Source: Candidatus Poribacteria bacterium
GTDB taxonomy: Bacteria; Poribacteria; WGA-4E; WGA-3G
NCBI GenBank assembly: GCA_965197475.1
Contig: CBDANF010000003.1
Coordinates: forward strand, 2,016,001-2,080,000
Direction of reading: 5' to 3'
DNA length: 64,000 bases
Positions 30,603-40,879 of this stretch are shown here, in pieces (position 1 is the stretch's first letter; each line of letters starts with the position of its first letter). Below the pieces are notes generated by a model. That model saw nothing but the letters and a program-made list of their open reading frames with translations, did no database searches and was not told where the DNA came from. Position numbers and translations under genes: made by a program.

Positions 30603-30923
30603 CTACTCTTGAAGTTCTATTGATTTTCTTGTATATTCAACCAATCCTAATTCTTTAATGATTGAACGAACTCTTTCGATATCTGTTAATGTGTTTTCCT
30701 CTAACTCTAATTCTTGAATTTCATACTGAATTTTTTCACGCTTCGTTTGAAAAATAGGTTTACGTTCAAAGTGAACACGTTTCGCATACGATGAGAACCG
30801 GACACTTGCCCCAAAAACACATAGAGACAATGCCAACACCAAATATACGAATAACATTGCGACTTTCGGTTTCGGTCCCAATTTTTCATTAAAAAGTGTT
30901 TCGTAAGTTTTTGGATTCCGCAT
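30603..30923 (-). CDS. ftsL: Cell division protein FtsL-like
   Basis: Small single-TM protein with coiled-coil and ERVRSIIKELGL ending; sits between rsmH and ftsI. Confidence 0.7.
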   Translation of the reverse strand: MRNPKTYETLFNEKLGPKPKVAMLFVYLVLALSLCVFGASVRFSSYAKRVHFERKPIFQTKREKIQYEIQELELEENTLTDIERVRSIIKELGLVEYTRKSIELQE

Positions 30924-30986
30924 TTTTATAATTTATACGTTAAATTTCAAATTTAAGATACACTTTTAAGGTCAAAAATGCCTTAG

Positions 30987-31955
30987 TTATATTCTGATTG
31001 CCGCTCGCAATTTCGCACTACGTGCACGCGGATTCGATTCAATTTCGCTCGCCGATGGTAAGATAGGTCTTTTTGTTACTATCTGCAGGACCTGTTGATG
31101 TTCACAGATACAAATCGGGGTTTTCGGTGGGCAGATACACGCTTTTGCGAGTTTCTGAAATCGCTGCTTTACTATTCGATCTTCCAGCGAATGAAAACTT
31201 ATAACGCAAAGACATCCATCCAGCTTCAACACAGAGACTGCATCGTCTAATCCAAGTGCAAGATTGTCAAGTTCGGTGTTAACCTCAATGCGCAATGCCT
31301 GAAAAACACGGGTCGCAGGGTGAATTTTTTTCCCTTTTTGCCGCTTTTGCGCGGATGCTTTTGGACGTTTCGCTTTGATCGGATAGGCGTTCTCAACGAT
31401 TTCAGTAAGCTGATGTGTCGTTGTAATCGGTTTTTCTGCTCGTGCCGCAACGATGTGTCGGACGATCCGCTTCGCAAAACGTTCTTCACCATATTCCTTG
31501 AATATCTTAATCAGTTTGTCGGGTGTGCTGTCGTTGACGACCTGTGTTGCTGATGTGAGCATCCGCATATCCATCCGCATATCCAGAGGACCAACATGCT
31601 GAAAACTGAATCCTCTGTTAGGAGTATCCAATTGTAATGAGGATACACCAAGGTCTAATAGAATTCCATCAACTTTACTAATTCCATGTGTTTCCAATAA
31701 CTGCTGAAGTCGGGCAAAGTTACCATGGATCAAACTGAGCCGTTCCTTGAAACTGTGTAGCCTTTTCTCAGCGATGGCAAGTGCACTCACATCCATGTCA
31801 ATTCCAATTAGGCGACCAGTGGGGAAAGATTGTTGTAAAATACTGAGACTGTGTCCACCCAATCCAATTGTTGCATCTACGTAAGTGGATCCCGGTTTCG
31901 GTTTGAGAAAATCGAGTACTTCGTTGCGTAAAACTGGGATGTGCGTCTCCGACAT
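30987..31955 (-). CDS. rsmH: 16S rRNA m4C1402 methyltransferase
   Basis: HIPVL, DATIGLGGHS, DLGVSSLQLD, PLDMRMD, FQALRIEVN, NPRARSAKLR. Confidence 0.97.
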   Translation of the reverse strand: MSETHIPVLRNEVLDFLKPKPGSTYVDATIGLGGHSLSILQQSFPTGRLIGIDMDVSALAIAEKRLHSFKERLSLIHGNFARLQQLLETHGISKVDGILLDLGVSSLQLDTPNRGFSFQHVGPLDMRMDMRMLTSATQVVNDSTPDKLIKIFKEYGEERFAKRIVRHIVAARAEKPITTTHQLTEIVENAYPIKAKRPKASAQKRQKGKKIHPATRVFQALRIEVNTELDNLALGLDDAVSVLKLDGCLCVISFHSLEDRIVKQRFQKLAKACICPPKTPICICEHQQVLQIVTKRPILPSASEIESNPRARSAKLRAAIRI

Positions 31956-31977
31956 GGCGTTACCTCTTTGATATAAT

Positions 31978-33018
31978 AGACATTATAATGATTTAAATAA
32001 CAGGAGTTTCATAACGCCAGGGTCTAAAGTTTAGTCGGAAGTTGTGTAAACCACAACAAGTTTCCATAACTAAATCACAAAACCCTTTCTTCCAATTCCT
32101 GAGTTTATCTTTGACAATGCGGCATCTTTTGACACCACTAATCGCATGTTCAACGCGTATGCGTATAGACGCTATCTTTCTATTGTTTTCTTTTTCTTCA
32201 TTCGTCCGTTCTCTACCTCTCGGTTTTTTCTTCGGTTGAATGATGTTTATATCCGGGAGGGTGAAACCCTGAAAACCGGTATCTTGGGACAATGTGCTAC
32301 CCTGTGGCACACAATAGCCCACCATATCGGCTATGTGTTTGTCATGGTGTCTTCCTTCAAAAGAAGGTGTCAATAGGACGACTTTGCAGGCCTCATTGAT
32401 AATCAGATTATTTTTCACTGTATGGCATTTCTTTTTACCACTATAATACGCCTTTTGAGTTGACGGGTCTTTTGGGCGTCGTATAGGGCGTTCGGTGCTA
32501 TCATGAAAAAAATGTTCTCCTTCTTGATTTTGAGTTGATACTTTTGATGGAGCACATATAGGTGCGGGGTCTGTTTCCCGAGATGGCAACTCTCCAAGTT
32601 CTGCTAATGCTTTGTTCAATATTGATAAAAGCAAGTGTATCCATTTATTAGCAAGAGGTTGAGACATACCAAAGAGCGCACCCAATAGAACTTGTTTCGG
32701 AGCATCACGCAGGTAAATCAAGATAAATAGCAACATATCTTCATGGCAAGCAAAACGACTATTTTTATAGGGTTTATATCTCCGATTTTTGCGTGGTTTG
32801 CCATCAAGGGTATGTGTTCGCATATATTCTAAAAAACAACAAGAAAAATGAGGTAATAGTTCTGTAAACTCTTCTAATGTATATCCGGTGAGGGACAGGA
32901 GCGTATCAGGTTTGTCCCTTAGTTCTTGAAAACTTATCATGAGTTAGCCTCCTATTGTCCGATTGTAATAAGTATAATAGAGACTAACCAAACGGACAAC
33001 TAATTAGTTATAATGTCT
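31978..33018 (-). mobile_element. IS5-family (ISL2-like) insertion sequence, 1041 bp
   Basis: 11-bp inverted ends AGACATTATAA / TTATAATGTCT flanked by AAT direct repeats (31975-31977, 33019-33021); encloses an intact transposase ORF. Confidence 0.88.
31993..32940 (-). CDS. DDE transposase (IS5 family)
   Basis: DSTERPIRRP, YYSGKKKCHTVK, DTGFQG, RIRVEHAISGVKR, CGLHNFR. Confidence 0.92.
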   Translation of the reverse strand: MISFQELRDKPDTLLSLTGYTLEEFTELLPHFSCCFLEYMRTHTLDGKPRKNRRYKPYKNSRFACHEDMLLFILIYLRDAPKQVLLGALFGMSQPLANKWIHLLLSILNKALAELGELPSRETDPAPICAPSKVSTQNQEGEHFFHDSTERPIRRPKDPSTQKAYYSGKKKCHTVKNNLIINEACKVVLLTPSFEGRHHDKHIADMVGYCVPQGSTLSQDTGFQGFTLPDINIIQPKKKPRGRERTNEEKENNRKIASIRIRVEHAISGVKRCRIVKDKLRNWKKGFCDLVMETCCGLHNFRLNFRPWRYETPVI

Positions 33019-33024
33019 AATGTA

Positions 33025-33042
33025 TAGCAAGAAACGTGCCAA
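33025..33042 (-). promoter_or_regulatory. Sigma-54 (-24/-12) promoter oriented toward rsmH/dcw
   Basis: Minus strand TTGGCACGTTTCTTGCTA matches TGGCAC-N5-TTGC with exact spacing. Confidence 0.75.
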
Positions 33043-33109
33043 TTTTTTAAGGTGTTCAATTTAGTGTCAGCAGGATGCAAATTCGCGTGTTTGAACTCAA
33101 GAATTTGTC

Positions 33110-33138
33110 TTGATTTATGTTGTAGATATTGGTATAAT
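33110..33138 (+). promoter_or_regulatory. Sigma-70-type promoter for the nadD operon
   Basis: TTGATT-N17-TATAAT with a TG extension. Confidence 0.55.
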
Positions 33139-33273
33139 TAAAGACCAAGAAAATATAGTTTCATTCCGAATCTATGTGTTCCTGTGCGCTCATTCGGGAC
33201 ACACTTCAGTTAACAATTGTGAAGAACGATTTATATTATATGTCTTGTCGGTTAGCGAGCGAAAAAGAAGCAG

Positions 33274-33858
33274 ATGAAAATCGCTATCATGGGGGGCACT
33301 TTTAATCCTATTCATTACGCGCATTTGCTGAGTGCCGAGCAGGTGCGTGAGGGGTTAGGCTACGACAAAATCCTGTTTGTTCCCGCTGCGCGGCCTCCAC
33401 ATAAATCACAACCGGACATGGTTTCTGCTGAACATAGGTATCAGATGGTACTGCTGGCAACAGCAGACAATCCGTATTTTGAGGTGTCTCGGATTGAATT
33501 GGATCGCGCCGGTCCCTCATACACAATTCAAACGATCAAAACATTGCGGCACCTTTATGGGAAAACGACAGAACTTGCATGGATTATCGGCGCGGATTCG
33601 TTAATCGAGTATAAGATTTGGAAAAATTTTGACGAAGTGTTGGAGCAGTGTACTATGATTGTTACGACACGTCCCAATTACGATTTGGAGCGTGTTCCGT
33701 CGGATGTTCGCAGCCGTGTTACAACGTTGCGGATAAACGAGTTTGATATGTCGGCAACCGAGATTCGTGAACGCGTTCGGAGCAACTCCTCTATTCGGTA
33801 TCTTGTTCCAGAAGAAGTTGCCGCATATATTAACAAACACCAGTTATACCTACAATAG
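33274..33858 (+). CDS. nadD: Nicotinate-nucleotide adenylyltransferase
   Basis: GGTFNPIHYAHL, PPHK, SYT, IIGADS, SATEIR. Confidence 0.95.
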   Translation: MKIAIMGGTFNPIHYAHLLSAEQVREGLGYDKILFVPAARPPHKSQPDMVSAEHRYQMVLLATADNPYFEVSRIELDRAGPSYTIQTIKTLRHLYGKTTELAWIIGADSLIEYKIWKNFDEVLEQCTMIVTTRPNYDLERVPSDVRSRVTTLRINEFDMSATEIRERVRSNSSIRYLVPEEVAAYINKHQLYLQ

Positions 33859-33914
33859 ATTAGTAGGACGAAATTCCGCATCCTATAGGTCAAATTAGTT
33901 TGAAAGGAGTTTAT

Positions 33915-34172
33915 ATGAAACTGAAATGTAGTCTCTGCGGAACCGCTTACGAATTTATTTATGAAAAAGGTGTTCCTTTACCCTCGAATTTTCCGTTTTG
34001 CAGTAAAAGGTGTAAGTCTATTGATTTAGGAAAATGGCTCAACGAGGAATATCGTATCAGCACACCGTTGCAGGAAACAGAAAAATTAACAGAATTAGAA
34101 CGTCAAATCCTTACTGAATTGCAGGAAGAAACACTTGGGATGCTGCATGGAGATGATGTGGATTCTGAATAG
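33915..34172 (+). CDS. yacG: DNA gyrase inhibitor YacG
   Basis: CSLC...FPFCSKRCKSIDLGKW zinc finger; AAGGAG RBS before the ATG at 33915. Confidence 0.9.
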   Translation: MKLKCSLCGTAYEFIYEKGVPLPSNFPFCSKRCKSIDLGKWLNEEYRISTPLQETEKLTELERQILTELQEETLGMLHGDDVDSE

Positions 34173-34245
34173 GCTGATGACACCTGATTTGACACATTTC
34201 TGTTGATTTTACCTATAGATTTGCAGTTCATAGAAGAAGAGAAAC

Positions 34246-34899
34246 ATGCCGTCAAGTAAGTCATTTTCAGTAAACGAGAAATCAGAATCATCGTTTCCTA
34301 TATTAACAAAACTTAGGGATCACCCAAAATCAAAAGAAATTCTGCGTTACCTTTCGGAAAAACTTGCTCCGGAACGCTATGATCACGTTCTGTCAGTTCA
34401 AGATACAGCAGTAGTTTTAGCTCAATGTCATAATGCGAATGTTTGGAAGACCAATTTAGCCGCTTTGTTACATGACGTTGTAAAATGGATGTGTGACGAT
34501 CAGTTGTACGATGCGATAGCACGTTACGGAATTGAACTTGACCCGATTGAAAAGATAATGCCTGGGTTATTACACGCGATTGTTGGCGTAAAGTACGCTA
34601 TTGAGTTATTCAATGTTACCGATCTGGAGATTCTTGAAGCGATCCGTACCCATACAACCGGCAGCACATCAATGGGGTTAACGGCGAAGTTGATATATGT
34701 CGCAGATTTTGCGGAGCCCACACGAGAATACAAAGAAGCTGCGGAAGTAAGAGAATTGGCGCAGACCGACTTGGATCAGGCAGTCCATAACGTCGCCCTT
34801 CATAAAATTGATTTTCTTCTTCAAAAAGGGTGGATAATTCATCCGAATACCATCCACACCTACAATAGTAGGTTGGTGAAGAATGTGAAAAGTTTCTGA
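34246..34899 (+). CDS. yqeK: HD-domain Ap4A hydrolase YqeK
   Basis: RYDH, ALLHD, LLHA, HTTG, YVADFAEPTR; nadD-rsfS synteny. Confidence 0.88.
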   Translation: MPSSKSFSVNEKSESSFPILTKLRDHPKSKEILRYLSEKLAPERYDHVLSVQDTAVVLAQCHNANVWKTNLAALLHDVVKWMCDDQLYDAIARYGIELDPIEKIMPGLLHAIVGVKYAIELFNVTDLEILEAIRTHTTGSTSMGLTAKLIYVADFAEPTREYKEAAEVRELAQTDLDQAVHNVALHKIDFLLQKGWIIHPNTIHTYNSRLVKNVKSF

Positions 34900-35122
34900 C
34901 ATATTAACTGTAAAGATGGAGATTAGGTTTAACTGTGTTTATGAAGGCTACATAAGTGAGAAACGACAAATGTCGTCAGTGCATTGACGTTGATTTGGCA
35001 ATGAATTGCGCCAGATTAACGCTGATGTTTCAACTGAGTTCTTGCAACAATAAATAAATCACCGATAGCACATACCTTGCAACGCAATTGATGAAATCCC
35101 TCATTTGATTAGGAGACTATCT

Positions 35123-35572
35123 ATGGCAACAAATAATACATTAGAAATAGTAAAAGCAGCTGCATCTGCAGCGGTGAGTCACCGCGCACAGAATCCTGTG
35201 ATTCTTGACCTACGCGAGTTGGATTGTTTTACCGACTATTTCGCGATTTTCAGTGGTATCTCCGATATACAAGTTGAAGGTATTTCAGAAGCGATATTAG
35301 AAGAACTTGAAGAAAACTGGGAACAGCGACCTTGGCATCGGGAAGGAGATAAAAGAGCGGATTGGATTTTGTTAGACTATGTTGATTTTGTCGTTCACAT
35401 CTTTTTAGAGGAGAAACGTGCTTACTATAGTTTGGAACGTTTATGGGCGGAAGCTCCACACATTGAACTTCCAGAGATTGAAAGGATTCCGTTAATGGAT
35501 AAACCGGAAGAATTTGATGCGGATGAATTGGTGTTAGGACTTGTGTCGGCAGACGAAGCGGATCAATCCTAA
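35123..35572 (+). CDS. rsfS: Ribosome silencing factor RsfS
   Basis: DYFAI, WILLDYVDFVVHIF, RAYYSLERLW; AGGAG RBS before the ATG at 35123. Confidence 0.93.
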   Translation: MATNNTLEIVKAAASAAVSHRAQNPVILDLRELDCFTDYFAIFSGISDIQVEGISEAILEELEENWEQRPWHREGDKRADWILLDYVDFVVHIFLEEKRAYYSLERLWAEAPHIELPEIERIPLMDKPEEFDADELVLGLVSADEADQS

Positions 35573-35632
35573 AGAAGGCGTGTTGTTTGTCACAGGGTTT
35601 CTTGTTCAGTGCGGAAATATATTCGGACGTAA

Positions 35633-36370
35633 TTAATCAACAGAAATGAGGAGGACGGTGACGTTATCTGTACCACCGTAGGCGAGTGCACTACTGATAA
35701 GATTTTCGCTTGCTGTCTCAAGCGTAGGTGCTGAAGAAATGATGTTGCGGGTTTCGGTATCATCGGTAATTAGATCGTGCAAGCCGTCAGTGCAGGCGAG
35801 GATGATGTCACCTGGGGCAAGAGGGCAAACGTCCGTAGTAAGCGAAACCTCCTCGGCTAAACCGATAGCTTGGGTAATGATGTTCCGTTTTGCATGAACA
35901 CGACCTTCTTCAGGAGTGATCTCACCTTTTTCAATCATTTTTTGGACTAACGAATCATCAGTGGTGATCTGTGTAAGAATGTCGTTGTGTAGGACATACA
36001 ATCGGCTATCCCCTACGTGGACGTAAGCCAAATAACTCGGCGTAACAAAGCCTGCGGTGAGGGTTGTCCCCATCCTGTGGTATTGATGAGATTCTTCTCC
36101 CATGGAGTAGACGCGCCGGTTCGCTTCGGCGGCAAGTTTTTCTAAGATATTGAGTCTTTTGATGGGTCCCAAATCGCTTGCAGGATCAGGGGTTTCCATT
36201 GCCCATTCTTCAAAAATTTGAAGGGCAACCCGACTCGCAATATCGCCCCGAGCATGTCCACTCATACCGTCCGCGATCGCAAATAGCCGATTCTTCTCAT
36301 CAAAAAAGTATGAATCTTCGTTTCTTTCGCGAAGAGTACCGATATCTGTCTTGGCTACAAAGTTCATCAT
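35633..36370 (-). CDS. PP2C-family Ser/Thr protein phosphatase
   Basis: RERNED, ADGMSGH, MGTT, HVGDSRLY, CTDGL, GGTDNVT. Confidence 0.92.
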   Translation of the reverse strand: MMNFVAKTDIGTLRERNEDSYFFDEKNRLFAIADGMSGHARGDIASRVALQIFEEWAMETPDPASDLGPIKRLNILEKLAAEANRRVYSMGEESHQYHRMGTTLTAGFVTPSYLAYVHVGDSRLYVLHNDILTQITTDDSLVQKMIEKGEITPEEGRVHAKRNIITQAIGLAEEVSLTTDVCPLAPGDIILACTDGLHDLITDDTETRNIISSAPTLETASENLISSALAYGGTDNVTVLLISVD

Positions 36371-36474
36371 AAGATAGCCCTTCTCCTATCTGTTGTAATA
36401 TTGTAACGATGATTAAGTAACTTTGTTTCAATTCAGCACATTTGGACATATTTAATTCATATTGGATAGTATTT

Positions 36475-37614
36475 ATGAGTATGAATATTGAATTGAGTCG
36501 GAAAGTAAGTAGATTATCAGTTTCACCGAAACAGCATTTCTTCGGATATTACGGTATTAATCCATGGGATAAATCAGGTAGATATCATCTTGCCTTGGAA
36601 ACAGATTTTCACACATATCGCCCGACTGCATCCGATGTTGCCACTGTTGGACTCGTTGATCGTGAGACACAAAACTTTATGCCTTTTGCAAATACTTCTG
36701 CTTTCAACCTGCAACAGGGAAGTATGATGCACTGGATAGGTGAGGAATTTACTTTTAACGATTGGGAGGATGGAAGCCTTGTATCGCGTGCGCTGAACCC
36801 CAAAACAAAAGAAAGTCGCACGATTCAAGGTGCGATTTCGGCTGTCTCGCCAACAGCACGTGTTGCAATCGGGTTGAACTATCAACGTATGGCACTTTGT
36901 CGTAGCGTTGTCGGCTATGCCAGTGAACTGGAACCAGATGCCATCAAAGCACAACCAGAAGATGATGGTTTATATCTACTTGATCTTCAAAATGGAACAT
37001 CAAAACTTGTACTTTCAATAGCGGATCTTATTTCAACTGTGAGTGACGAAAAGGTTGTCGGTGGAAGAACATGGTTTAATCATGTCCTTTTCAATACAGA
37101 TGGCACTCGGGTTCTGTTTTTCTGCCGCGTCAGGCACGAAAAGGGCTTTCACTCATCCCTGTGGACGGTGAACCCTGATGGTTCAGATTTAGAAATACAA
37201 ATCCCGTTCGGTTATCGTGTTTCACACTTCGATTGGAAAGACTCGACACAAATTCTGGTTTCTTCCGATATAGTGAACGAGATGGGTTTTGTTGAATTTA
37301 CTGACGGTATGCGCAATTTTTCACCTATCGGGCGGAGTGTTTTGCCGAACGATGGGCACGCTTCCTTTTCCCCGGACCGGCAATGGTTGCTTTGTGATAC
37401 CTACCCGCGCGGTCCTGCTCGTTTAGCAGAACTTATGCTTTACGATATTGCCGAAAACCGAAGAATCGTTCTCGGAGAATTTCATCACGATGAGCAGTTC
37501 AGCGGAGACATTCGATGTGATTTGCATCCGCGTTGGTCATCAGATGGAAAGACAATCACCTTCGATTCTGTTCACGAAGACTCACGACAGATATACTGTA
37601 TTGATCTTACCTAA
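36475..37614 (+). CDS. Beta-propeller protein (TolB/oligogalacturonate lyase-like), function unknown
   Basis: HFFGYY, FNLQQG, NHVLFNTDG, DGHASFSPD, RCDLHPRWSSDG. Confidence 0.7.
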   Translation: MSMNIELSRKVSRLSVSPKQHFFGYYGINPWDKSGRYHLALETDFHTYRPTASDVATVGLVDRETQNFMPFANTSAFNLQQGSMMHWIGEEFTFNDWEDGSLVSRALNPKTKESRTIQGAISAVSPTARVAIGLNYQRMALCRSVVGYASELEPDAIKAQPEDDGLYLLDLQNGTSKLVLSIADLISTVSDEKVVGGRTWFNHVLFNTDGTRVLFFCRVRHEKGFHSSLWTVNPDGSDLEIQIPFGYRVSHFDWKDSTQILVSSDIVNEMGFVEFTDGMRNFSPIGRSVLPNDGHASFSPDRQWLLCDTYPRGPARLAELMLYDIAENRRIVLGEFHHDEQFSGDIRCDLHPRWSSDGKTITFDSVHEDSRQIYCIDLT

Positions 37615-37681
37615 AAACATGGAATTTATTCAATCTTACCTATTTGATTAAGTTGGACTCACGTTATATATATTAAGGAAC

Positions 37682-38740
37682 ATGCGAATGTCAGTATCTA
37701 CTTCTATTCTTGATTTACATACTCAGTCTCTCGTGATTGATTCCCATAACGATGCGATTGTGGCACATATCCGTAGAGGTAACGTCAGTCTTGCAGACGA
37801 ATATGCAAAAAACGCTGCTCAGTATAGCGGGACTATCGCCTATCTACGTGGATCGGTGCCGCCTGAAGAGGATGCCATCGGTATCCAACTCAACATTCCG
37901 AAAATGCGTCAGGGTGGAATTGACGTGGCGTTTTTCGCTGTTGATGTTACACGGGCGTGGAAGAATCACCTCTCTTATGCATTAGATGCTTTCGGTTGGT
38001 TTGATGCGGAGGTGGCAGCCAATGCGTCTGACATCTGCATCGTACGGAAAGCAGCAGATATCCAAACAGCCAAAGCTGAAGGGAAACTCGCCGCTGTGCT
38101 TGCCATTGAAAACAGCGAAGGAGTGGAACGAAGTTTGAATATCTTACGTTCCCTTTATTTACTGGGTGTTCGATCGATTGGATTGACGCATAACCCAAAT
38201 ACGTGGGCATCATCAGGAAATGATGAAGGCGAGACCGGTGGGGGTTTGACAAAATTCGGTGTTCAGTTGGTAAAAGAGATGAATAATCTCGGCATGTTGG
38301 TTGATGTATCACACATCAGCGAGCGCGGGTTTTGGGATGTGCTTGATATTTCAAGCGCACCTATCATCGCCTCCCATAGCAACTGTAAGACGTTGTGCAA
38401 TCATTCTCGGAACTTAACCAACGAACAACTTAAAGCGATTGCAGTCAACGGAGGCGTAGTAGGCATAACCTTTGTGCCTGGTTTTATTATAGAAGGCGGT
38501 TGGAAAAAAATGCCCCCCTTCGCACAACTCCTCAATCATATTGAGTATGCGATTGACATTGCGGGTCTTGACCATGTCGGTATCGGTTCAGATTTTGATG
38601 GTGGCGGTGATCTCCTAAAGGATGCGACTGAATTCTCCAGAATTACCGAAGGTTTAAGCGAACGCGGCTATTCTGATGAAGCAATTCAGAAAATTCTCGG
38701 TGGAAATCATCTGCGCGTATTCAAAGCTGCATGTGGCTAA
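37682..38740 (+). CDS. Membrane dipeptidase (peptidase M19) family
   Basis: IDSHND, AIENSE, LVDVSH, IASHSN, HVGIGSDFDG. Confidence 0.92.
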   Translation: MRMSVSTSILDLHTQSLVIDSHNDAIVAHIRRGNVSLADEYAKNAAQYSGTIAYLRGSVPPEEDAIGIQLNIPKMRQGGIDVAFFAVDVTRAWKNHLSYALDAFGWFDAEVAANASDICIVRKAADIQTAKAEGKLAAVLAIENSEGVERSLNILRSLYLLGVRSIGLTHNPNTWASSGNDEGETGGGLTKFGVQLVKEMNNLGMLVDVSHISERGFWDVLDISSAPIIASHSNCKTLCNHSRNLTNEQLKAIAVNGGVVGITFVPGFIIEGGWKKMPPFAQLLNHIEYAIDIAGLDHVGIGSDFDGGGDLLKDATEFSRITEGLSERGYSDEAIQKILGGNHLRVFKAACG

Positions 38741-38800
38741 TGCGTAATTTTGTTAGATTTGTGCATTTTACATTCTCTGAAAACACCCTTAATTCTTCAT

Positions 38801-38888
38801 GAACTATCTAATTGATCCCACTCGGTAGGCGCGCTTTGTAAGCGCGCCTAATAGCCAGAAAAAAGATAAATTCGGTTAATTTAGTATA
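38801..38888. mobile_element. MITE-like element with GTAG REP hairpin (family 2)
   Basis: CTCGGTAGGCGCGCTTTGTAAGCGCGCC core plus flanks; a close inverted copy lies at 47973-48066. Confidence 0.7.
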
Positions 38889-38917
38889 AAAGAAAGAATT
38901 TTGTGGAAAAGTAGTGT

Positions 38918-40879
38918 CTATTCCACCAATTCTGCAAGGCGCGTTAGATGCCAATTTGGATCTTCTAACGCTTCATAAACCACGCCGCCTTCAACATTCG
39001 CAGGCATCGGAAATCCTAATAGATAACATAGTGTAGGTGCGACATCTACCACGCGCACCTGCCGTTCCAAGGCGACATCCGCTTTGACACCCGCCCCAGA
39101 AAGAATAAACGTGGAGTGCTGACCACCGATGCCGAAACTTACCGATGGCAACTGCTTGCCGTGTGCACCATCAAACTCCGGACGCAGCGCGTAAACAACG
39201 TCACCGACAAGATCACCATGAAGGTTTAACATCTCCGCATCCGCCCGTGTTACCGCCAATGAAAACGGATGCCGTCCGGTTTCCGGATCGCGGTATGCAT
39301 GCAAAGCATTGATAATCTCTTGTTGTGTCCCTTCATAATCCTCCGATGGAACGATGCCGTTCGGTTCACGTCCCGCAAGGTTGATGAAGATATGTACCAA
39401 ACCGACGTTGACTGCTCGCGTCTTCGTCCAATCTACCGCACCGTTTTCCTTCCTGACAATGAAGCCTATCTCTTCTAAAACCTTTTCAATATCTACAGCA
39501 CGAAATTGATTCGGTGTGCCGCCGTGGTCCGCACAGATAAGGACAACCGTCTCCTCATCCGCAAGTCCTGCAACCTGTCCAATCATCCGATCTACAGATT
39601 CATAAGTACGGCGCAATCCCTCCCGGCACCGGTGGATCGTCTCCGGTGGTGCACCGCTAATTTCATCCGCTTGACTGAGGAAGAAGTGGCTCGCGTAGTC
39701 CGGCGCATGTGTTTCCACCATGAGAACATCCCATTCATTTTCCGAAGCAAGATGTGTGGCAACATCTGCCAAACGTTGGTGGTGGTAGTCTAACAGCTCA
39801 AAATAGGTATCATCATCCACCTGTCCGAGTGCGTCGCGAGCTGGATTTTGAAGGAACGAACCGACGTTTTGGTCAATTGAAGTCGCAATCTCCGAAGGCA
39901 CCGTGTAACCGCTTTGAGGCCAAATCTGTGGCACAAAGAGTTCAAAGGCATCAACCGTTGGCGTGAGCGTAATGAGTTTCATGCGGACATATCCGTCAAC
40001 TTCCGCATTATCAATTTCAAACGTATCAAGCCACCATTCGCTCCACTCACCAACACCGAGGTCTGCGACAATGTCATCTGAAGAACGGCTTTGACACACC
40101 CGTATTCGGTCATATCCGCCTTGATTGGAAGCATAAATTAGTCCATAGAAAAATTTGGGAATGCCGGTTTTGCCTCTGTTCATATTCTCTCTACCGCGCG
40201 CCAAAGGTTGAATAGTGAGTTCTACCTCTTGAATAGGTTTGTTGGAGTCAGGTAATACCCCTTCCCATTCGCTTGTGTCGACCGGCTTGATAGTCACTGG
40301 ATCAATGTGTTTAATTTTCTGTAATGCGCTTGGGTCTAACGTCTCAGGATCGCGTTGTCCACCAATTGGACGAGCTGCCCATCTTCCTGCGACAAATAAG
40401 TGGTAGCCTGCAATTTGATGATGATTTGAAACACCAGGTCCGGTTCCCTCCACCTGAATTCCTGTTTTTACTGTGGGAGGCCAAGACATTTCCCATTTCA
40501 CCAGAATCGGTTTTCCACCCGCACGTTCCACAAGATTCCAAAGATATTCAGATTGGCACAACCCAGTATTGATGCCCCACACCGTCCTATTGAGTTCTTT
40601 CCCGACTGCACGAATGTTAAAATCCATGACTTGATGTGTGCCTGGCCACGAACCGGTAGAAAGAGCTGTCCATCCTGGTGGTGTTAACGTAGGAAATACA
40701 CCGATCATTGCCCGATGTACGCCTGTGTTGCGTAGTCTCGCCATATTCGGGGTGTGTCCCCACGCAATCATGTTATTGACAAGTTCCATGCTTGCACCAT
40801 CCATACCGATAATGATGGCGCGCCTTGCTGGCGAAAGTTTCGTTCGCTTCACAATAAAACTCCTTTCAGCGTGTATCAT
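38918..40879 (-). CDS. Alkaline phosphatase superfamily (nucleotide pyrophosphatase/phosphodiesterase type) protein
   Basis: IIGMDGA, PTLTPPGWTALSTG, ICADHG, VDVAPTL. Confidence 0.85.
   Translation of the reverse strand: MIHAERSFIVKRTKLSPARRAIIIGMDGASMELVNNMIAWGHTPNMARLRNTGVHRAMIGVFPTLTPPGWTALSTGSWPGTHQVMDFNIRAVGKELNRTVWGINTGLCQSEYLWNLVERAGGKPILVKWEMSWPPTVKTGIQVEGTGPGVSNHHQIAGYHLFVAGRWAARPIGGQRDPETLDPSALQKIKHIDPVTIKPVDTSEWEGVLPDSNKPIQEVELTIQPLARGRENMNRGKTGIPKFFYGLIYASNQGGYDRIRVCQSRSSDDIVADLGVGEWSEWWLDTFEIDNAEVDGYVRMKLITLTPTVDAFELFVPQIWPQSGYTVPSEIATSIDQNVGSFLQNPARDALGQVDDDTYFELLDYHHQRLADVATHLASENEWDVLMVETHAPDYASHFFLSQADEISGAPPETIHRCREGLRRTYESVDRMIGQVAGLADEETVVLICADHGGTPNQFRAVDIEKVLEEIGFIVRKENGAVDWTKTRAVNVGLVHIFINLAGREPNGIVPSEDYEGTQQEIINALHAYRDPETGRHPFSLAVTRADAEMLNLHGDLVGDVVYALRPEFDGAHGKQLPSVSFGIGGQHSTFILSGAGVKADVALERQVRVVDVAPTLCYLLGFPMPANVEGGVVYEALEDPNWHLTRLAELVE

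Noticed and set aside
31560-31584. 12-bp duplication in rsmH (DMRMDMRM)
   Set aside because: Small in-frame duplication next to the normal PLDMRMD motif, with no evident consequence.
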